IMG/VR virus record: IMGVR_UViG_3300032893_000024
Coordinates: 1-64,000 of that record
Length of the DNA stretch: 64,000 bases
Source of the DNA: a virus
Strand: one strand, 5' to 3'
Positions 8,174 to 14,762 of the stretch are shown one piece after another. Below the pieces are notes generated by a model, which was not told the DNA's origin, did no database searches, and saw only the letters and a program-made list of their open reading frames with translations. The first letter of the stretch is position 1. Each line of letters starts with the position of its first letter. A program made the translations under genes and the position numbers.

Positions 8174-8611
8174 ATGAAAATCTACGTTGCATCAAGCTGG
8201 AGAAACACCCGTCAGCAAAACGTCGTAACTCTTCTCCGAGCGGCAGGTCACGACGTCTACGATTTCCGAAACCCTCCAGGCAACACAGGATTCTCCTGGA
8301 GACAGGTCGTTGATGATGCGTCAGCGTTGAAGGATCCGCGACGGTACCGTGACGAGGTTCTCAAGCATCCGCGGGCCCTGGAGGGCTTCAAGTCAGACAT
8401 GGACGCGCTAATAGCGGCCGATGCCACGGTCCTCGTGCTCCCTTGCGGTCGTTCAGCGCACCTAGAGCTCGGGTACGCGGTCAAGCCGGGGAAAAAGACG
8501 ATCGTTCTGCTCGATGATGTCGTGGACGAGCCGGAGCTGATGTACCTGATGTGCACGGACATCTGTCTCAACATCGGAGAGGTAATTACCAAACTCGCGG
8601 AGGACCGGTGA
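8174..8611 (+). CDS. nucleoside 2-deoxyribosyltransferase-like protein
   Basis: ATG 8174 preceded by GGAGG. KIYVASSW... start and the late ...GRSAHLELGYAVKPGKKTIVL motif are typical of the NDT/Rossmann-like fold. Confidence 0.55.
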   Translation: MKIYVASSWRNTRQQNVVTLLRAAGHDVYDFRNPPGNTGFSWRQVVDDASALKDPRRYRDEVLKHPRALEGFKSDMDALIAADATVLVLPCGRSAHLELGYAVKPGKKTIVLLDDVVDEPELMYLMCTDICLNIGEVITKLAEDR

Positions 8612-9483
8612 CCCGCTACGACGTCGTCCTCTGGGATTCCGTCGCCGCGATGCCCTACTCGCTCTCCAGCACGACGGGACTTGGCGGCACGGAGCACGCG
8701 GTGGTTCGCCTCGGGCGCGCGCTTCAGGAGAGAGGTAAGAGCGTCACGATCATCTGTCCCCACCATGGGGGGTTCCAGCCATACAAGATTTCGACGGGTG
8801 CTCTCGTCTCGCTCCGTATGAGCGATATCCCTGCTCATTCGGTCCTTCCGAGAGACCGTCTCATCGTGTGGGCCCACGATTCCGGGCGCGTAACGGTCCC
8901 TCTCGAGCCGCACACGCTCGTCTGCTTCACGGAATGGCAGCGCCAGGGCCTCTGCCGAGATCGCGTGTCGTGGCGCCGCGACATCATCATTCCCGGTATG
9001 CTCCCGGACTGCGTCTACAATTCCCCGCGTCCTCCCAGGGAGTTCGGGCGTTTCTTCTATCCGAGCGCGGCGATCAAGGGTTGGGATGCGACGTACTCGC
9101 TCTGGTGCCAGGAGCGCCGGCCGGGCGACGTCCTCAGAGTCCTTGCGTCCGGGTACGACCAGGCACGTCGCCACGACGATCCTACGGTGCAATATCTGGA
9201 GCCACTCGACGACCAAGGGCTCGTAAACGAGGTCGCGGCGGCAGAGGCCATCTTCGCTGTAAACGTTTTCCCGGAAATCTGGGGGCAGACGCTCGCGATC
9301 GCTGATGCACTCGGGACGCCCATCTATTACCGGGCGATCCGTGGGTTTGGTGGAACGATCGAAGTGGTTCGAGCCTACGGGATGTTCGAGGAGACGAGCG
9401 GTTACTTTCTGGAGGCCGTACGCCGGGACTATCGCATTTCAACCGTGATGCCGCAGTGGCTCGCGGTGCTGGAGGGACCATGA
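8608..9483 (+). CDS. glycosyltransferase (GT-B, GT4-like)
   Basis: GTG 8608 (GTGA overlap). N-terminal GLGGTEHAVVRLGRAL resembles the GT4 glycine-rich loop. The rest is not diagnostic. Confidence 0.5.
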   Translation: MTRYDVVLWDSVAAMPYSLSSTTGLGGTEHAVVRLGRALQERGKSVTIICPHHGGFQPYKISTGALVSLRMSDIPAHSVLPRDRLIVWAHDSGRVTVPLEPHTLVCFTEWQRQGLCRDRVSWRRDIIIPGMLPDCVYNSPRPPREFGRFFYPSAAIKGWDATYSLWCQERRPGDVLRVLASGYDQARRHDDPTVQYLEPLDDQGLVNEVAAAEAIFAVNVFPEIWGQTLAIADALGTPIYYRAIRGFGGTIEVVRAYGMFEETSGYFLEAVRRDYRISTVMPQWLAVLEGP

Positions 9484-9632
9484 AAATTGGTGGACTTGAG
9501 TTTCCGTACGACCATCATCGGGACGTAAGCGCTCATGGACGCATTTCTGGGTTCATTTTGCGTACGCATCCTGTTGCGATGTGGATTCCAGCTATCATCG
9601 TCGGATTGATCATCGGATCTTTGTTGAGGTAA
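9480..9632 (+). CDS. small membrane protein (50 aa)
   Basis: Own translation: MKIGGLEFPYDHHRDVSAHGRISGFILRTHPVAMWIPAIIVGLIIGSLLR. ATGA overlap upstream. Below the ORF-track size cutoff. Confidence 0.45.
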   Translation: MKIGGLEFPYDHHRDVSAHGRISGFILRTHPVAMWIPAIIVGLIIGSLLR

Positions 9633-9638
9633 ACCCTG

Positions 9639-9809
9639 ATGAATCTGATCGGTTGCATCTGTTTTTCGGTAGTCGCTGCGATGCTGGCGTTTCGCTGGCA
9701 CAAGGCGATTCTAAACGTCTTCCTGCCGGAAGCCGATAGGTTCCAGGACCACAAGTACCGCTACAAAAGCGATGGGAGCGTGGAAGAGGTAAAGGAGAAC
9801 AGGAAATAA
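9639..9809 (+). CDS. small membrane protein (56 aa)
   Basis: Own translation: MNLIGCICFSVVAAMLAFRWHKAILNVFLPEADRFQDHKYRYKSDGSVEEVKENRK. TAATG overlap with the next gene. Confidence 0.45.
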   Translation: MNLIGCICFSVVAAMLAFRWHKAILNVFLPEADRFQDHKYRYKSDGSVEEVKENRK

Positions 9810-10135
9810 TGCACGCGCGGGAAAGGGTTCTAGTGCGGACAAGCTCTCGACAGACCGGAGCAGGGTTTTGCCGTTCTTGCGGCATCTTCCGAGAAGACTT
9901 TGAGGGAGTTCCGGTTACCGACTGTGTTTGCACAGCGCTCATGAACCATTTGCCGTCGTGTCGATACGTGAGAGCGGTTTCGATGTGGATCCCTGTCCAC
10001 TCCTGTGAGGCACACGGTCTTGATGCCTGCGAGGATTGCGATTGCAACTGCGATGGACCGCTCGATATGTTGCTGGAGTCACAGCGTTGGGAGGATGATG
10101 GAGGTTCAATGATAGAATCTAGGTGGGAACAATGA
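9809..10135 (+). CDS. Cys-rich hypothetical protein (108 aa)
   Basis: Track ORF. Multiple Cys clusters (CRSCG, CVC, CEDCDCNCD). Confidence 0.55.
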   Translation: MHARERVLVRTSSRQTGAGFCRSCGIFREDFEGVPVTDCVCTALMNHLPSCRYVRAVSMWIPVHSCEAHGLDACEDCDCNCDGPLDMLLESQRWEDDGGSMIESRWEQ

Positions 10136-10473
10136 AACCTTCCGAAGTAGTGCTCACTGGCGTTCCGCTCTGCGGAACGATGCGCAAGGCAGAGATCGAA
10201 GCGGCAGCCGCGATAATCGTGCGCGCCTGTCAGGTAAAAGAAGATCGCTGGCAGGCTCTCACGCTCCAGCAGATCTTGGACGTTTCGCGCAAAGATTTCG
10301 TTGCGAAGCGCGAGCCTTTCTGTTCATGGCTGATAAATCCTTTCCTTCGTCCCGACTTCTCCGGGCTCGTGGATGGCGGTTGGGCGCGGTTTGTTGGCCA
10401 GGCGCTCGAACTAACGGACAAGGGGATCACTGCGCTCGATCGGTGGGTCCTGAAGGATGTGAGTGAAGAATGA
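10132..10473 (+). CDS. hypothetical protein (113 aa)
   Basis: ATG 10132 gives an ATGA overlap with the upstream stop (the track ORF starts at 10123). Confidence 0.6.
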   Translation: MKPSEVVLTGVPLCGTMRKAEIEAAAAIIVRACQVKEDRWQALTLQQILDVSRKDFVAKREPFCSWLINPFLRPDFSGLVDGGWARFVGQALELTDKGITALDRWVLKDVSEE

Positions 10474-10655
10474 AGTTCCCCGACAGAAAGCGCTACCACG
10501 TGTACACTTGCTCGAATGGTCACCTGTCAGAGTCAGGAGATCGAAAACATCATCCGGTGATCATTACCGTTTGCTATCAGTGCGGTGCACCGAGGACCGT
10601 GGAATGCCCTCCGGGGTGTTCTGTTGCGTCCGCGCCTGCTAAACCATCTCAGTGA
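10470..10655 (+). CDS. zinc-ribbon-like small protein (61 aa)
   Basis: YTCSNGH...CYQCG pattern. ATGA overlap upstream. Confidence 0.55.
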   Translation: MKFPDRKRYHVYTCSNGHLSESGDRKHHPVIITVCYQCGAPRTVECPPGCSVASAPAKPSQ

Positions 10656-11056
10656 GCCTTTCTACCGACACAGTAGCTGCGATCGCCTCGGAGCTGGGCC
10701 TCGGTCCCGTCGGTATTGCGGCCACCCTCCTCCCGCCCCTCCCCCAGCGTTCCGCTGGAACCACCGTCGCGCTCATCTCCTCGTTCGGGATCGCATTCGC
10801 AGCGTTCGTGACGGCCGCCGCATGCTACCGCTACGACCACACTCCACACGGAACAGCTGCCGGTCCGGAGATCGCGACCAACTACCGCGGCTCCATCTAC
10901 ACGACGCAACCGTTTCGCCAGGATGACGGGACCACTCTCTGGTGGATCCGGGTCCACCGCGGAAGAAAAGTGGACGTGGAAGGTGGGTTCAGCAGCCGAG
11001 GTACAGCGAAGAAGCGGGCCCGTCGGATCATCGACTATGATGAGGTGCTGCGATGA
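10652..11056 (+). CDS. membrane protein (134 aa)
   Basis: GTGA overlap upstream. Hydrophobic segment ALISSFGIAFAAFVTAAACY. Confidence 0.6.
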   Translation: MSLSTDTVAAIASELGLGPVGIAATLLPPLPQRSAGTTVALISSFGIAFAAFVTAAACYRYDHTPHGTAAGPEIATNYRGSIYTTQPFRQDDGTTLWWIRVHRGRKVDVEGGFSSRGTAKKRARRIIDYDEVLR

Positions 11057-11640
11057 AAAGACTGCACACGCACGGTGCTCTGTCGTTCTGGACCGGCGGA
11101 GAAAACCAGACCGATCCTCCGTACATCATCGGCTACGGGGAGAACGAGATCGTTCGCTTCGGTAGCAAGCGGTTGAAGCCAGGTTCCCAAGCGCAGCTGC
11201 GAACTTTCTATGCTGCGAAGGCCACATGGGATGTCCTCACCGAAATCGGAGACGAAGGTTCCATCGACGCTGCTGAAAAAACCGCTCATGCCGTTGCAAG
11301 GGCAGCCCAGCAAGAGATCAAGCGCAACGTGGACTTCTTTTATACGGACTACGTTCATCGTGTGAGAGAGCGTTTCCAACGTAGAAGGAAGCCAGCCGTT
11401 ACTCCAGGCGCCCCGGAGCTGCCCTGGCGACGTTCAGCGAGCGGCCGTCTCGATGCGTTCACGCCGTATGGCTCCTACCACGTGCAGGGCACGCCGGAGG
11501 GTTTCGGAGTCCGCTGGTCCTATCAGGACCGTGGTGCCTTCTTGGGCACGTTTCGGACGGAAGCGGAAGCCAAACGTGAGGCAGAACGACACGCTGCCGC
11601 CCAGGGAGCCAGCGAACCCACCCGCAGGCGCAAGCGCTGA
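11053..11640 (+). CDS. hypothetical protein (195 aa)
   Basis: Track ORF, ATGA overlap upstream, basic C-terminus. Confidence 0.65.
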   Translation: MKRLHTHGALSFWTGGENQTDPPYIIGYGENEIVRFGSKRLKPGSQAQLRTFYAAKATWDVLTEIGDEGSIDAAEKTAHAVARAAQQEIKRNVDFFYTDYVHRVRERFQRRRKPAVTPGAPELPWRRSASGRLDAFTPYGSYHVQGTPEGFGVRWSYQDRGAFLGTFRTEAEAKREAERHAAAQGASEPTRRRKR

Positions 11641-11661
11641 TCTGGTGGTATCATCCCCGTC

Positions 11662-11955
11662 ATGGACTCCAACTATTTCTGGGGAATCCTTACGGGCTTG
11701 GCCGTGTACTGGGGCTTCCAGAAATTGGAGCACCATGGCGGAGCTCGCGCGAATCCCCTCCCGTACCCAACGAGAGACATCCCTGACCTGCGATCGGCGC
11801 GCAAGATCGCGTCCTACCTGTCCCGCTGCTACAACGGCGTCGTCGAGGTAGTCCGCCAGGACCAGGACCACTACCGGATCGTCTATCGGAGTGAGCCTTC
11901 TCCGGAGAGCGCGTTCCTTGGCGCGTACAAGAACGAGATGCGGGTCTATCCGTGA
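11662..11955 (+). CDS. hypothetical protein with N-terminal hydrophobic segment (97 aa)
   Basis: Track ORF. FWGILTGLAVYWGF near the N-terminus. Confidence 0.6.
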   Translation: MDSNYFWGILTGLAVYWGFQKLEHHGGARANPLPYPTRDIPDLRSARKIASYLSRCYNGVVEVVRQDQDHYRIVYRSEPSPESAFLGAYKNEMRVYP

Positions 11956-12302
11956 CCTACGCTGAAGCGGTCCGGCAGCGCCTCGTCTATCACTTCGGGC
12001 TTTCACCAGCCGAAGCGGCGCGCTCTACCGGCCGTCTTCGCGATTTCCAGCGCCGCGGCATCCCCGCCGACACCGCCGCGCGCATTATTCACGATCGACG
12101 CATGCTCCAGCGAAATCCGCTCTCCAGTACGCAGTGGGCGTGGCTCCTCGCGCTCGGGTCAACCGCCGTCGGCGTCGCGCTCCTCGCGCAGTACGCTCAG
12201 GGGACTCCGCAGCCTATCGAAGTTCCACCGCCTCCGCTCCCCGCTGGATCCGCGAGTACAGAATCGCTCGGGCCGGTAGGAATTACGACGCTGCAGACGT
12301 GA
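11952..12302 (+). CDS. membrane protein (116 aa)
   Basis: GTG start with GTGA overlap. Hydrophobic WAWLLALGSTAVGVALLA. Confidence 0.6.
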   Translation: MTYAEAVRQRLVYHFGLSPAEAARSTGRLRDFQRRGIPADTAARIIHDRRMLQRNPLSSTQWAWLLALGSTAVGVALLAQYAQGTPQPIEVPPPPLPAGSASTESLGPVGITTLQT

Positions 12303-12585
12303 GGCCAAAGAGCTGCGCGACGGACTTTCGGTTCTTCTCCGCCACCTTCGCGCCCTTCGCCGTCAGCTTGTAGATGTTCGCGCGACCCTGGACGTCTGCC
12401 TTGGAAACAAGGCCCTCCTTCTCGAGATCTCGCATGGCGGGGTAAACGGAGCCGGCGCCGAAGACGACTTCGCCGTTCGTTAGCTTCTTGATCCGCTCGA
12501 CGAGGTCCGAACCGTAGCCGGGTTCGTTGGCAAGGGCCTGCAAGAGAGCAGCCTTTGCGAAGATGGGATTGTCCATGGAATCCAT
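12283..12585 (-). CDS. PadR-family winged-helix transcriptional regulator
   Basis: AALLQALANEPGYGSDLVERIKKLTNGEVVFGAGSVYPAMRDLEKEGLV is the canonical PadR wHTH pattern. Lone minus-strand gene between plus-strand genes. Confidence 0.85.
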   Translation of the reverse strand: MDSMDNPIFAKAALLQALANEPGYGSDLVERIKKLTNGEVVFGAGSVYPAMRDLEKEGLVSKADVQGRANIYKLTAKGAKVAEKNRKSVAQLFGLTSAAS

Positions 12586-12611
12586 CTATAGCACGATGAT
12601 GTCACATGCAA
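12585..12611 (-). promoter_or_regulatory. candidate promoter of PadR (TTGCAT-15-TATAGA), possibly giving a leaderless mRNA
   Basis: Minus-strand TTGCAT (12611-12606) and TATAGA (12590-12585). The -10 ends on the A of the annotated ATG. A second in-frame ATG is at 12576. The palindrome ATGTCACAT (12599-12607) lies in the spacer. Confidence 0.35.
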
Positions 12612-12631
12612 AAGGGTGCTAGGATCGATTT

Positions 12632-13108
12632 GTGCCTGACGATACCGGATGGTCAATCGATGCGACGAGAGCGGTCGTTTCCGGCGCGTACTACCGTTTT
12701 GGTGTCGCTGCCGCGTCCACGGTGACGGACGACCAGATCATCGGCGCGCTCGCCCAACAAGGGTGGACACCTCGAAGCATCAGCGCACCGCCTCCTGAAA
12801 TCGCAGCAGCTCTTCAGGGGCTCACAGCGCTCGGTCTGAAGTCCTGGTACGTTCATGCCACGTGGACAGGGGAAGCGACGACCATTCCGGACAGCGCAGC
12901 GCCGCTCTTTTACGGGCCGCTGGAGCAGTACAACGGGACGGCGACGCAGACTGAGACGTCATCTCCCGGGCCGGCTCCGACCGATCTTCCTGCGACGCTA
13001 CCGTCTCCCGCTCCTCCCGCGAGTTCCGGCGTCCACCCTATGCTAGCCTTCGTCGGAGGAGGCCTGCTTGTGGCCCTGATTGCTTGGGCTGCCGGCGCAC
13101 GACGCTGA
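12632..13108 (+). CDS. C-terminally anchored membrane protein (158 aa)
   Basis: GTG start with AGGA upstream. Pro/Ser/Thr linker, then C-terminal TM MLAFVGGGLLVALIAWAAG. Confidence 0.6.
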   Translation: MPDDTGWSIDATRAVVSGAYYRFGVAAASTVTDDQIIGALAQQGWTPRSISAPPPEIAAALQGLTALGLKSWYVHATWTGEATTIPDSAAPLFYGPLEQYNGTATQTETSSPGPAPTDLPATLPSPAPPASSGVHPMLAFVGGGLLVALIAWAAGARR

Positions 13109-13968
13109 TGGACACACCGGTCACAGCCACATCAGGCAGCTTCCCCGTCTCGCAGGGCCAGGAATACCGCCTCACGGGCCAGCTCAATGGAGCCAGCGAC
13201 CAAGCCGCCCAGGCGGCTCTCCAAGCGGCCGGTTTTACCTCATTGGTTTATTACCCGGGCGCGCAGCTCCCCCCCGCAGATTGGCCGCAAGAGGCGCTGG
13301 CGCCGGCTTCTTCAATCGGACTGTTCCGTGCGGACGGTGTTTGGTCTGGGTCCGGTCAGCTTCCGGGATCGGTTACAGTCCAGAGCGGCGGCGGACCGCT
13401 CACGATCTCCCTGGTCTGGTCGCACTCGCCCGGCGTGACGCCGGCTACGCTCACCTCGAGATCCGCGATTCAGGGACCAGGGCTACCGAATTCCGGAATG
13501 GGCTGGCTCGTCGGCGGCGGAGTTCTGCTCGCAGCAGCTGGCTTCCTCGCAGGCGTCGCGCTTCTCGGAGGGAGCGTTCGCGAGAATCCTCTCCGCGATT
13601 ACGAGCGACCGCGGACTCTGTACCGCGTGCAGCCGATCGGAACGAGCATCTTCGGCCATTCGTCCGGGCTCGCCCATCGGCGCATGGCCGGCATCTTCGC
13701 GTTCGAGGATCCGCACAAACTCTTCGAGACGTATACGTGGCTGCATATCAGGAAGCGCCTCGACGAGTACGAGCTCGTGGAGTTCGTCGGAACAGTTGTT
13801 GATCGACCTGCAGATTCGAAGGGCGTCGTCGCTATCCCGAGTCGGTTAGTCCGTCGCACACCCCTTCGTCAATGGGTCCAGGGAGTACCAGCGACGGTCG
13901 TCGCCGAAGGCGAACGCCGACGTCAGTCGTCGTCGAAGAACCATCGCTCTGCGAGACGGTCGCCGTAG
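13108..13968 (+). CDS. membrane protein, paralogous N-domain to 12632..13108 plus extra C-terminal domain
   Basis: ATG 13108 (TGATG overlap). N-domain similarity: GALAQQGWTP..PPPE / ALQAAGFTS..PPADWPQE and WTGEATTIP / WSGSGQLP. TM segment WLVGGGVLLAAAGFLAGVALLGG, followed by a ~140 aa domain. Confidence 0.6.
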   Translation: MDTPVTATSGSFPVSQGQEYRLTGQLNGASDQAAQAALQAAGFTSLVYYPGAQLPPADWPQEALAPASSIGLFRADGVWSGSGQLPGSVTVQSGGGPLTISLVWSHSPGVTPATLTSRSAIQGPGLPNSGMGWLVGGGVLLAAAGFLAGVALLGGSVRENPLRDYERPRTLYRVQPIGTSIFGHSSGLAHRRMAGIFAFEDPHKLFETYTWLHIRKRLDEYELVEFVGTVVDRPADSKGVVAIPSRLVRRTPLRQWVQGVPATVVAEGERRRQSSSKNHRSARRSP

Positions 13969-14141
13969 GCCCATAGGACGGCGAGCGCGCATGCCGTCAT
14001 CCACAGCAGCGCTGGAACCCAGATCGGAGCCATTACGCGCCACCAGGACCAACGAACGAGATCGAGCAGCTTTGCGCCGGCTGCTCCGGCGCTTGCCGCC
14101 GGGCATCCCCATAGAAGAACGATTGCCAGCCGGTCGCTCAT
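13923..14141 (-). CDS. small two-TM membrane protein (72 aa)
   Basis: Track ORF. ATGA overlap with the phosphatase stop. Two hydrophobic segments. Confidence 0.55.
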   Translation of the reverse strand: MSDRLAIVLLWGCPAASAGAAGAKLLDLVRWSWWRVMAPIWVPALLWMTACALAVLWAYGDRLAERWFFDDD

Positions 14142-14545
14142 TTCATCCCCAGGATGAGCGACACGAAGTAGGGGTTACTGAGGGCGTCGGGCCCGCGAGC
14201 TGCTCTCACCATCCGGATTGCCTCGCGGGGAGAGTAGCCTAGGTCCACCATCGCGCAAGCCGTCACGAGACCCGACCGGTTGCGTCCCTGGCGGCACGTT
14301 ACCAGAACGGTTTCTCCACGACGTACACGCGCTCCTCGGGCAGCGGTCTCGCGTTCTGACACCGGGATGTGGATGTAATTGTCCGAGAAAGGAACTCGCA
14401 CAACGCGCGTGCCTGGGAAACCGTTGGCGGATGGTTGGTACTCGCGCGCGCAGAGCACGAGAACATCGAATGGAAGCTGGCAGGCTGGCGGCGCGCTTCC
14501 GATCGCGAGACCTGGACAGGCAAACTGGTAGCCAGGAAGCGCCAC
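14138..14545 (-). CDS. Cys-based (dual-specificity-like) protein phosphatase
   Basis: Active-site CX5R(S/T) loop VLVTCRQGRNRSG. GTG 14545 lies directly after the upstream TGA, with GAGGA upstream. The N-terminal 60 aa of track ORF 14138..14725 are a shadow frame. Confidence 0.7.
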   Translation of the reverse strand: MALPGYQFACPGLAIGSAPPACQLPFDVLVLCAREYQPSANGFPGTRVVRVPFSDNYIHIPVSERETAARGARVRRGETVLVTCRQGRNRSGLVTACAMVDLGYSPREAIRMVRAARGPDALSNPYFVSLILGMK

Positions 14546-14546
14546 C

Positions 14547-14762
14547 TCAGTCCTCGATGAATTCAGCTTCGACTTCGACGCGCCGATCTTCCTTCTGTCG
14601 AGAGGACGTCTGGCCTCTTGCTTTGGTGATGCGTCGGTCCACCTCGCGTACGGCTCCCTGGACCTCTTCCAGCACAGCCTCTGCTGCTCCATTAGCGGCG
14701 CACACAAGGAGGTGTCTACCGGCACCTTTGATCAGCTCTACCAGGTCATTTTTGCTCATCAC
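14547..14762 (-). CDS. hypothetical protein (70-71 aa)
   Basis: Track ORF. GTG 14762 or ATG 14759 overlaps the stop of the 978-aa fibre gene. Confidence 0.55.
   Translation of the reverse strand: MMSKNDLVELIKGAGRHLLVCAANGAAEAVLEEVQGAVREVDRRITKARGQTSSRQKEDRRVEVEAEFIED

Noticed and set aside
13560-13968. ADP-ribosyltransferase (R-S-E) or RES-domain toxin in the C-terminal domain of 13108..13968 (LYRV, GTSIFG, DEYELVEF)
   Set aside because: The spacing between candidate motif residues is far too short for ART folds, and the GRW/F-type RES signature is missing.
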